Virus record (IMG/VR): IMGVR_UViG_3300031857_000076
Coordinates: 27,626-91,625 of that record
From: a virus
Strand: one strand, 5' to 3'
Length of the DNA: 64,000 nt
The notes below the pieces were generated by a model, which made no database searches, was not told the origin of the DNA, and saw only the letters and a program-made list of their open reading frames with translations. Position numbers and translations under genes: made by a program. Every line of letters starts with the position of its first letter. The stretch's first letter is position 1. This document shows, piece after piece, positions 36,909 through 45,101 of the stretch.

Positions 36909-37239
36909 AAAACTTATAGTCTCCAAATTTGTCGAGATTCCCGCTAAATCAAAGCGAGAATTTTGGCAAAGAGAATATGTTTTATTGGCTCGTTTGGTTG
37001 AAAGATATAGCTTAGAATTTTTAAGAGATACCAGCTTCTCCTTTAAAGGAGATAGTTTAGCTATTTTGTTTGCGCCAAAAATCCTTCAAGACTTGGATAA
37101 AAGATTCAAAATTTATAGCAGCGAATCTCGTATAAGTAGAGAACCGCAAATCATCTTGAAAGATGACCCATTGCATCAACCAGTTTTAATTGAACGTAAA
37201 CCTAGAACCATTAGAGACTTTTTAAATGAAAAAGACTAA
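36886..37239 (+). CDS. hypothetical protein
   Basis: Coupled upstream of recA. Confidence 0.6.
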   Translation: MPQKKPNKKLIVSKFVEIPAKSKREFWQREYVLLARLVERYSLEFLRDTSFSFKGDSLAILFAPKILQDLDKRFKIYSSESRISREPQIILKDDPLHQPVLIERKPRTIRDFLNEKD

Positions 37240-38365
37240 AGACACAGAAGAAAAGAAGATTACTTCAAGCGAAGTGCTTGAATCTTTCCTGAAACAAAAT
37301 GCGGAAGATCACTACAACTTTGAAGAAACAGTAGATTATAAAGTATCGAGTGGTTCACTCCAGCTTGACTTGCAACTTGGTGGCGGCTTTGGTCCAGGAC
37401 TGCACAGGTTCGTGGGTATGAATGAGGGTGGCAAAACTAGCGAAGCTCTTGAAGTGATGAAGAATTTCCTGCTTGATATTCCAAATAGCAAAGGCTTTTA
37501 CATCAAGGCAGAAGGTCGCCTTTCTCCAGAAATGCAAAAGCGTTCTGGCATCAAGTTTGTATTTTCAGCAGAAGATTGGGTGGCTGGAACTTGCTTTGTT
37601 TTTGAGAGCAACATCTATGAAACTGTTGTTGATGCTATGAGACAATTAGTTTCCAAGAACGAAGAGAAGATCAAATTCTGTTTCCTCTTGGATGCGGTTG
37701 ATGGCCTTATTGCCAAGAATGATATGGACAAATCCTTTGAGGAAAGTTCAAAGGTTGCGGGTGGCGCAGTGATTGCTGCGACATTCATGAAGAAACTTTC
37801 GATTGCGCTTGCAAAGCGCGGTCACATGGCAATCTTTATCTCTCAAGTTCGAGCAGACATCAAGCTTGACCCATATTCAAAAGCACCAATTCGCCAAACC
37901 TCTGCTACAGGAGGCAATGCCTTGCTACACTTTGCCAACTGGATTCTTGAGTTCGAACCCCGCTTTAAAGGCGATCTTATTCTTAAAAATCCTAGCGAAA
38001 AAAGCATTGACTTGGAAAAAAATCCGCCAATTGGACATTGGGCCAAAGTCACAGTCAAAAAGTCTCCAAACGAGAAAACCAATCTCACTATTCCATATCC
38101 TATTCGATATGGTCGCACAGGTGGCAAATCCATCTGGATTGAAAAGGAGATTGTTGACCTACTGCTTGCTTGGGAACTTGTTAATAAGAGCGGAGCTTGG
38201 TTTTCTCCAAGCGAAGACTTCCTGCAATTATTAGCTGAAAATTCTCTTGAGTTTCCAGCTAAGATTCAAGGCGAGGCTTCCTTGTTTAAAACTGTTGAGG
38301 ATGATGCAGCTTTATTGAAGTTTTTAATTGAATATTTTCGCAAAATGATTTCCAATGAGGTTTAA
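37226..38365 (+). CDS. recA: RecA-like recombinase
   Basis: SSGSLQLD..LGGG, GMNEGGKT, LLDAVD, ISQVR, TGGNALLHF, KSGAWF. Confidence 0.9.
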   Translation: MKKTKDTEEKKITSSEVLESFLKQNAEDHYNFEETVDYKVSSGSLQLDLQLGGGFGPGLHRFVGMNEGGKTSEALEVMKNFLLDIPNSKGFYIKAEGRLSPEMQKRSGIKFVFSAEDWVAGTCFVFESNIYETVVDAMRQLVSKNEEKIKFCFLLDAVDGLIAKNDMDKSFEESSKVAGGAVIAATFMKKLSIALAKRGHMAIFISQVRADIKLDPYSKAPIRQTSATGGNALLHFANWILEFEPRFKGDLILKNPSEKSIDLEKNPPIGHWAKVTVKKSPNEKTNLTIPYPIRYGRTGGKSIWIEKEIVDLLLAWELVNKSGAWFSPSEDFLQLLAENSLEFPAKIQGEASLFKTVEDDAALLKFLIEYFRKMISNEV

Positions 38366-38762
38366 AACTCTATACGGAAAAGAAAAATATCTCAAGAATG
38401 CGTCAAAATATTTAATCAATTGGCGCAAAAAAACTCGTAGCAAATTTCAAGACGAAGTTAAAAGATTCTTGAAGCTTTACTGGAGTGAAGACATTGTATT
38501 TGAAGAACTGAGAGTCATTGACACAAGAATGACTTTTGATTTTTACAATGCCAACAAAAAAATAGCAATCGAGGTCCAAGGACAGCAACACACAAAATTT
38601 GTTCCTTTCTTTCATGGCAGCAGAAATAAATTCTTGCAGCAATTAAAAAGAGACAATAAAAAGCTTGAGTTTTGCGAAATAAACGGCATTAAGCTTGTGG
38701 AAATTTATAGCGTTTCGGAATTGAATAAAGATTTTTTTGAATCGTACGAAATTTATCTGTAA
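38355..38762 (+). CDS. Vsr/DUF559-like endonuclease
   Basis: FDFY...IAIEVQGQQH...RD..K..FC..NGIKLVEI. Confidence 0.75.
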   Translation: MRFKTLYGKEKYLKNASKYLINWRKKTRSKFQDEVKRFLKLYWSEDIVFEELRVIDTRMTFDFYNANKKIAIEVQGQQHTKFVPFFHGSRNKFLQQLKRDNKKLEFCEINGIKLVEIYSVSELNKDFFESYEIYL

Positions 38763-38770
38763 TATAAGGT

Positions 38771-39058
38771 ATGCCGAAGAATAAAATCAAGGAAATTCCT
38801 CAGTTTGAAATGCCTTCAAACTTTATCGAACAAATTTATGAGTTAAGCGGCAATGCGGACAAGTATAAGGGTGTGCTATTAGCTTATGTTTCAGAAGATG
38901 GAACTCCAGTCATCTACTGTAAATATGATTCTCAAGTGGTTGAATTTGGCATGAGAAAAGCTTTGGAAAAATATCTTCAAAATTCAGACGATGCTGAAAC
39001 CGCATACAATCTTGGAGAAATGGGAAGAAATGATGAAGATGATGTTGACGAAGATTGA
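38771..39058 (+). CDS. hypothetical protein
   Basis: CTGTAA 8 nt upstream; acidic tail. Confidence 0.65.
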   Translation: MPKNKIKEIPQFEMPSNFIEQIYELSGNADKYKGVLLAYVSEDGTPVIYCKYDSQVVEFGMRKALEKYLQNSDDAETAYNLGEMGRNDEDDVDED

Positions 39059-39081
39059 TTGCTGAGTATCGTAAGAGTAGC

Positions 39082-40599
39082 ATGATATACTCTTATGAAC
39101 TTGAAAAACAATTGCTGGCGGCTCTCATTAAAAAGCCAGAGAACTATTTTGAAATCTCTGCATTCATAAATGAAAAAGATTTCTATAGTGAAGACAACAG
39201 TTTAAATAAAACGATCTTCACAATTGTTCGTCAGGCACTAGAAGCGCATGAAGAAATTGACGATGTAATCATCGCACAGCGAGTTCAGAATCTTGGTATC
39301 ACATTCGATGATGTAGTGAATGTGGCAGAATATGTGAAGAGTCTTGGCATGAGAAAGGTTGCTGATGGCAGTCTCATTAAAACAGCCAAAGAACTCAAGA
39401 AGTACACTATCCGCCGAGAAATCTACGAGTCTTCGCAAAACATTGCGAAGAAGATGAAAAGCTTGCCAGCAGAAAGCTCCTATTCAGAAATCATTTCTGT
39501 AGCTGATAAAGAATACAACAGCCGCATCAATCAGTATGAAGTTGGTAACGATTCTCCAGAAAACATCTATGATGAAATGGAGGTAATGATTGAAGATCGT
39601 GGCGCAAATCCTGTTAGCGAGTTCGGCATGATGGGACCACATGAAAAAATTAATAGCATCTATGGTTCATTGCTTAGACCAGGAAATATCACCGTCATTG
39701 TTGCTCGATCTGGTGTCGGCAAGACTCAGTTTACTATGGATTACTCAACCAAGGTGAGTTTGAAATATAATGTTCCTGTTCTTCATTTTGATAATGGAGA
39801 AATGAGCAAGGAAGAACTCATTATGCGCCAGTGTTCTGCTCTTAGTGGAGTTCCAATGCATTTGATTGAAAGTGGTCAATGGCTGCGAGCAGGCAAAGAA
39901 ACAGTTGATAAGGTTCGGTCTGTTTGGGCAAAGGTCAAGAAGATGCAATTTTATTATTATAATGTTGGGGGATTGGATGTTGATTCCATGATCAACACGC
40001 TAAAGCGTTTTTACTACTCCAAGGTTGGGCGTGGCAATCGAATGATTTTTAGCTTCGACTACATCAAAACAACATCTGATAATGGTGGCGCAAACAAAAC
40101 AGAGTGGCAAATGGTTGGAGAGATGGTTGATAAATTTAAGCGCTGCGTGCAGAAAGAAATCTTGCATGATGGATTGCCCATAATTCCCATGATTACTTCT
40201 GTTCAATCCAATCGCTCTGGCATTACCAATAATCGCAATTCACAAAATGTCATTGACGATGAAAGCATTGTTTCTTTATCTGACCGAATCACTCAATTCT
40301 GCTCTCACATGTTCATCTTGCGAAATAAGACAACGGATGAAGTTCTAAATGAAGGCGTTAGATTTGGCACTCATAAATTGATTAACGTGAAAGCTCGACA
40401 CTTGGGCAAAGATATTGCTGGTGCAGTTGAACCAGTGCGCGTTGGAGACACTCTTCGCAAGAACTTTATTAATTTGGAATTTAAAAACTTCTGCATCACT
40501 GAAAGAGGTGATCTTCGCGATGTTGTTGAATTCAATGATATTGGAGAAGGCGCAGAAGAGAATGGCAGAAACACCGCTCCCGACTTTGATGAACTCTGA
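39082..40599 (+). CDS. dnaB: replicative DNA helicase
   Basis: N-terminal LEKQLLAAL, ARSGVGKT Walker A, EMSKEE, DYIK, QSNR, KARH; TTGACG promoter at 39045. Confidence 0.92.
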   Translation: MIYSYELEKQLLAALIKKPENYFEISAFINEKDFYSEDNSLNKTIFTIVRQALEAHEEIDDVIIAQRVQNLGITFDDVVNVAEYVKSLGMRKVADGSLIKTAKELKKYTIRREIYESSQNIAKKMKSLPAESSYSEIISVADKEYNSRINQYEVGNDSPENIYDEMEVMIEDRGANPVSEFGMMGPHEKINSIYGSLLRPGNITVIVARSGVGKTQFTMDYSTKVSLKYNVPVLHFDNGEMSKEELIMRQCSALSGVPMHLIESGQWLRAGKETVDKVRSVWAKVKKMQFYYYNVGGLDVDSMINTLKRFYYSKVGRGNRMIFSFDYIKTTSDNGGANKTEWQMVGEMVDKFKRCVQKEILHDGLPIIPMITSVQSNRSGITNNRNSQNVIDDESIVSLSDRITQFCSHMFILRNKTTDEVLNEGVRFGTHKLINVKARHLGKDIAGAVEPVRVGDTLRKNFINLEFKNFCITERGDLRDVVEFNDIGEGAEENGRNTAPDFDEL

Positions 40600-41635
40600 T
40601 GAAATAAAAAACTCGCTCGAAAAGCTTGGCTATACTCTAAAGGATTTTGGCAATCATTGGAGAACCAAAGCTTTGTATCGTGGCGGCGATAATCCCACAG
40701 CGATTAAAGTGTATAAGAATAGTGGAGTATGGCAAGACTATGTGCAGGGTCATTCTTCCATGCCGCTTGTTAAGCTGGTTGAACTAACGCTACAAACAAA
40801 AGACCCCAAAATCATCAAAGAATATGTCTCAACTAATCAAGAGATTCAGGCCCACTATATCGCGAAAGAAAAAATAGAAATGGATAAAATTTACCCCAAA
40901 GAATGCTTAAACAGGCTGTTCCCAAACTTTTCCTTTTATAAGAAGCGTGGAATCAGTGAAGAAACGCAAAAACTCTATCAGTGCGGTTTGGCTGGTAATG
41001 GCCAAATGTATCAAAGAATTGTTTTTCCAGTTTATAACTCTGATGGTGAGATTTTTGGTTTTAGCGGCAGAAAAATCAACGATAATAACGAAGCTCCAAA
41101 GTGGAAGCATGTTGGCACAAAAACTCGATGGGTTTATCCAGCATTTGTTCCAAGAGAGCAAACAGTTGATTCTCTTATTGATGAGAAAAAGGAAGTCATC
41201 TTAGTAGAAAGCATTGGAGATAGCTTGGCCTTGACAGAAGAAGGCTACGCTCATAACCTCGTTACTTTTGGATTGGACTGCTCTCCAGCACTGCTGAACT
41301 ATCTTTGCTCCAAAGACCTTCGCAAGATCATTATCGCCACAAATAACGACAATGAGAAGCAAAAGAATCATGGCAAGATTGCTGCAATGAAAAACTACAT
41401 GAAACTCAGTCAATTTTTTGACTTTGAGCAACTATCAGTGCAACTACCTTGGGCAAATGATTTTGGCGAGATGAGGCAGAAAGAAATGCCATTTAAAGAT
41501 TGGTATGAACAACCAAGCGCTTCTCAAGAAGCTAAATTAAATGATTACAAAGATTACTGCTCTGCTAATCGTAATGCTTTCCAAGATAAAAAACTACAGA
41601 AATTTTTTAAAAAACTAGAAAACTTTGGAATTTAA
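40589..41635 (+). CDS. dnaG: DnaG-like primase (TOPRIM), atypical
   Basis: RIVFPV...GFSGR, PKWKH, VILVESIGD, P.ANDFGE; follows dnaB. Confidence 0.8.
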   Translation: MNSDEIKNSLEKLGYTLKDFGNHWRTKALYRGGDNPTAIKVYKNSGVWQDYVQGHSSMPLVKLVELTLQTKDPKIIKEYVSTNQEIQAHYIAKEKIEMDKIYPKECLNRLFPNFSFYKKRGISEETQKLYQCGLAGNGQMYQRIVFPVYNSDGEIFGFSGRKINDNNEAPKWKHVGTKTRWVYPAFVPREQTVDSLIDEKKEVILVESIGDSLALTEEGYAHNLVTFGLDCSPALLNYLCSKDLRKIIIATNNDNEKQKNHGKIAAMKNYMKLSQFFDFEQLSVQLPWANDFGEMRQKEMPFKDWYEQPSASQEAKLNDYKDYCSANRNAFQDKKLQKFFKKLENFGI

Positions 41636-41640
41636 AATAA

Positions 41641-41859
41641 ATGAGCGAACCTAAAAATAGAACTTTATTTGGCCAGCCAATTAGACAAGAAACAACGGCA
41701 TTCTTTTTTCCAAAAGAAATCTCTGTCGAAGAGTTTTGTGGAATGATTCTAAATAATAAAGAAGCGTTCATGAAAAATATGAAAACCATCTTTGGCGATG
41801 AGAAAAGATTCGTAGAGGATTGGTTTGAAACTTTTGCAGCATGGTCTGAAATCGAATAA
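41641..41859 (+). CDS. hypothetical protein
   Basis: Packed ORF. Confidence 0.55.
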   Translation: MSEPKNRTLFGQPIRQETTAFFFPKEISVEEFCGMILNNKEAFMKNMKTIFGDEKRFVEDWFETFAAWSEIE

Positions 41860-41879
41860 ATTTTACTATCAACTAAACT

Positions 41880-42917
41880 TTGGAATCTAAAAATCGAACA
41901 TCACTATCGGCAAGTCGCATCAAAACTGCTCAATCGTGCAGTTGGAAGTATTGGTGTTCATATCACTTGAAACTTCCTGATCGAAGCAATAGTGGAGCAA
42001 AGCGCGGCTCTGTATGCCATTTGGTTTTCGAATGCTTGGGCGAAAATCGCCACAAGAAGCATTTTTCCATTATTATTAAAAAGAGAAATGTTTTTGCTAG
42101 TAAAGCTATTGAAAGATTGATTCGCAAACATGCCAAAAAAGAAGGCATTAATGACGAAGAAAACATTAAACAAATCTGCGACATGACGCTTGCAGGTTTA
42201 CAATATGACTTTTTTGGAACAGAATGTGGCAAACCATCCGAAGCATTAAGCGAACAAGACTTTGAAATTGATGTTAAAGAAGGCAAGTTTGATTATAAAA
42301 TCAAAGGCTTCATTGACAAGCTTTTCTTATACAAGAAGCAGGGCTTGGCTATTATTCGCGACTTCAAAAGCAGCAAAGAAGTTTTCAAGGGCAAAGACCT
42401 CGAAAACAACTTGCAAGACTTGATGTATTCACTAGCTGTTAAAAAGCAGTTTCCAGATTATAAAAATCGCCGCTCTGAATTCTTGTTTTTAAAGTTTTTG
42501 CCAACAGAAAAAGGTGTTGTAAGAATGCCAGCTTTAACAGAAGAAGAGCTAGATGGGTTTCAATCTGAACTCACCGAAATCCAAAAATACTTGGATAATT
42601 TTAATATTCAAACTGCCTTTTCAAATTTGGCAGCGCGTCAAGACTATCCAAAAGATAACTCATTCAGTGGGCCGCTTCAATGTGGTTTCGCTTCTAAAAA
42701 GGGTGAATTAAAAAAAGACGGCAATCCCAAATATCATTGTCCATACAAGTTTGATTTTTATTATTACAAAATCAGCGACATGAAAGGCACAATGATTACG
42801 TCTTGCTTCTTAGATGAGTTTGATGATTACCTTAAAAAATATCCAGAAGACAAGTTTTTATACCAGATAATGCACTATGCTGGTTGTCCTGCTTTCAATA
42901 AAGGAATTGACAGGTAG
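41880..42917 (+). CDS. PD-(D/E)xK exonuclease (Cas4/AddB-like)
   Basis: LSASRIK...C, GSVCHLVFE, SEQ, GFIDKL, IRDFKSS, Q..MY, C-terminal Cys residues. Confidence 0.85.
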   Translation: MESKNRTSLSASRIKTAQSCSWKYWCSYHLKLPDRSNSGAKRGSVCHLVFECLGENRHKKHFSIIIKKRNVFASKAIERLIRKHAKKEGINDEENIKQICDMTLAGLQYDFFGTECGKPSEALSEQDFEIDVKEGKFDYKIKGFIDKLFLYKKQGLAIIRDFKSSKEVFKGKDLENNLQDLMYSLAVKKQFPDYKNRRSEFLFLKFLPTEKGVVRMPALTEEELDGFQSELTEIQKYLDNFNIQTAFSNLAARQDYPKDNSFSGPLQCGFASKKGELKKDGNPKYHCPYKFDFYYYKISDMKGTMITSCFLDEFDDYLKKYPEDKFLYQIMHYAGCPAFNKGIDR

Positions 42918-42940
42918 AACGTATCATGCTAGATTAAAGC
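42907..42940 (+). promoter_or_regulatory. sigma70-type extended -10 promoter, leaderless geometry
   Basis: TTGACA-N17 (ending TGC)-TAGATT-N5-ATG. Confidence 0.7.
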
Positions 42941-43687
42941 ATGATTCCTCTCTTCAAGAGCACATATAGTATTGGCAAATCAATACTCACACTAGATCAT
43001 CCAAAAGAAACCAAAGAAGGCGGTTCTGACAGCATCATTTCGATTGCTCAAGAAAATAAACTAAAATCAGTCTTCTTGGTTGAGGATTCAATGATTGGTT
43101 TTTTGGACGCTTATCAGAAATGTAAAGAGCACGATATTCAACTAATCTTTGGTTTGAGAATTTCATGTTGTAATTCAGTCTCAGAAGAGGACAAAAAATC
43201 ATCCGAGCACAAGATCGTCTTATTCGCTAAAAATGATAATGGTGTCAAAAACCTTATTCGTATTTTTTCTCTAGCAAACAAGAATGGTGGCTTCGTTGAC
43301 TCTGTATTTTTACAAAACAATTGGTCGAACGATTTGATGCTGTGCATTCCATTTTACGACTCTTTCATCTATAATAATAATTTTAGAGGTAAACAGTGCT
43401 TGCCAAACTTTAACTTTACAAAAGCAACCTACTTTGTCGAAAACAATAGTTTGCCTTTTGATCACATCTTAAAACTCAAGGTGGAAAAATGGGCTTCGGC
43501 GCAGGGTGAAGAAATTCAGCAAACAAAATCCATCTATTACAAAAATCGTAAAGACTTTGAAGCTTGGCAAACATACAAGTGTTTATGCAATCGTTCTTTT
43601 GGCAAAGAGCAATCGCTCTCTAGCCCAAACTTAGAACACTGTGGCAGCGATTCATTCTCTTGGGAGGCTTTTAAAAATGAAAGATAA
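42941..43687 (+). CDS. stand-alone PHP domain of DNA polymerase III alpha
   Basis: STYSIGKS, EDSMIGF, IQLIFGL, VLFAKNDNGVKNL match the DnaE N-terminal PHP layout; metal ligands degenerate. Confidence 0.82.
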   Translation: MIPLFKSTYSIGKSILTLDHPKETKEGGSDSIISIAQENKLKSVFLVEDSMIGFLDAYQKCKEHDIQLIFGLRISCCNSVSEEDKKSSEHKIVLFAKNDNGVKNLIRIFSLANKNGGFVDSVFLQNNWSNDLMLCIPFYDSFIYNNNFRGKQCLPNFNFTKATYFVENNSLPFDHILKLKVEKWASAQGEEIQQTKSIYYKNRKDFEAWQTYKCLCNRSFGKEQSLSSPNLEHCGSDSFSWEAFKNER

Positions 43688-44324
43688 TTTACTGAGATTT
43701 AATTTCAATCAAAAATATATCGTCTTGGATACTGAGACGGAAGGATTGAATCTTTTACATTCAAGACCTTGGCAGATTGCGTGGATTGAAGCTGTTGGCA
43801 AAAAAATCGTTTCTCGTCAAGAGAGATACATTTATTGGCCAGATTTGAAAATGAGCGAAGGTGCCGCTAAGATTACTGGATTTGACTATGGCAAATATCG
43901 TTCTCTCGCCAAAAGCCCTAGAGAAGTTTGGGATGAGTTCTGTCCACTTTTAGATAATCATCTTGAAGATAGTAAAACAAAAATCATTGGCCAAAATATT
44001 CTTGGCTTTGATGTTTATATGCTCAATTCATGGCAGAGAGCAATGGGTTTAGATTCCAACTTCAATTATGTGAATCGCGTGCTTGATACAAAAGCAATGG
44101 CAATGGCAATCGCTAAAGAGTGCAAGTCTGTTGACCCTGATGACTTGATTTGCTGGCAGTATCGTTGGCTAAACCATCGTGAAAAAGGAATCAAAACAAG
44201 TCAAGCTCACTTGCTCAAGCATTACAACATTGACCATGATCCAAGCAAGCTTCATAACGCATTAGTGGACATTGAGATGACATTCGCTATTTTTCAGAAG
44301 CAGATTTTTGAGATAGAAATTTAA
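43677..44324 (+). CDS. DEDDh 3'-5' exonuclease (epsilon-like)
   Basis: LDTETEG, QN..GFD, LDT, HNALVD. Confidence 0.9.
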   Translation: MKDNLLRFNFNQKYIVLDTETEGLNLLHSRPWQIAWIEAVGKKIVSRQERYIYWPDLKMSEGAAKITGFDYGKYRSLAKSPREVWDEFCPLLDNHLEDSKTKIIGQNILGFDVYMLNSWQRAMGLDSNFNYVNRVLDTKAMAMAIAKECKSVDPDDLICWQYRWLNHREKGIKTSQAHLLKHYNIDHDPSKLHNALVDIEMTFAIFQKQIFEIEI

Positions 44325-45072
44325 TTCTAGCTGAATAAGCCTCTTCTTCTGTATTCCACCATCCTAAAAATTGACGCTTTACATAAGCTCTCCATTTTTT
44401 AATTCCTTTATGGAAAGAAATACCCTTTTTATTTGAAGTTAGTTTTTCTAAAGAGTTAGAAATTTCTATAAACTTATCAAATTTTCTTTTCAAACCTATT
44501 CCATCAAATTCATTTCCATAAATAAAATTGCCAAATTTTTTAATATCAGGGCCATATTTTACTTCGAAAGTGGAACTATTGCCATTATCTGTTTGCTTTT
44601 TAAAAATTGAAAAATTGTCAATTTCCAAAGAAATAAATAAGTTTTTGACTTCACACCAATCTTGGTTTATAGATGATGAAAAAGAAAACTTGCCGCCCTT
44701 TTTATCCTTATTCTTATAAAAACAACCATCAGCATCAACGTATCCGCGCCAAAAATATTTATGCAAATGAATGGGTATGGCTTTTAAAATTTTTGTTGGA
44801 GCTAGATAAGATTTATTCAAACCATCCATTTCTAAAAGAAACGTTTTTAAACCCTTATTTTTAAAATAAAAAATTGAACGAAGTTTTCTATTAGGCTGGG
44901 CGTATTCTGAATAAGAAAATTCAAAGCACTCTTTAAACGTCTCGTATAAATTTTCTGCATCTTCCTTTACAATGCATATTTTTGGAATCGTAGGTTTATT
45001 ATTAGATTTCATGCCTCCATCACCCCAAAAGAAACCAAAGAAATAAGCCATTTTTTCATTTATATCATACAT
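44287..45072 (-). mobile_element. free-standing LAGLIDADG homing endonuclease with C-terminal AP2-like domain
   Basis: YFFGFFWGDGG and FWRGYVDADGC motifs, LKRK; KGISF...KWRAY...LGWWNTEEEAYSAR; antisense and more AT-rich than flanks. Confidence 0.85.
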
Positions 45073-45101
45073 AGCATTGTATTTACACTTTTAAACCTAA
45101 A

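Noticed and set aside
41880-42917. Cas4-like gene as a CRISPR-Cas system
   Set aside because: No array or other cas genes; solo PD-(D/E)xK exonucleases are common in phage replication modules
43670-43690. Programmed frameshift fusing PHP and exonuclease
   Set aside because: The 11-nt overlap with its own ATG matches ordinary translational coupling seen throughout; not formally excluded
44287-45101. Group I intron joining the exonuclease and dnaE
   Set aside because: The endonuclease is antisense and fills the gap, leaving no room for a ribozyme core; both flanking genes have their own stop and start
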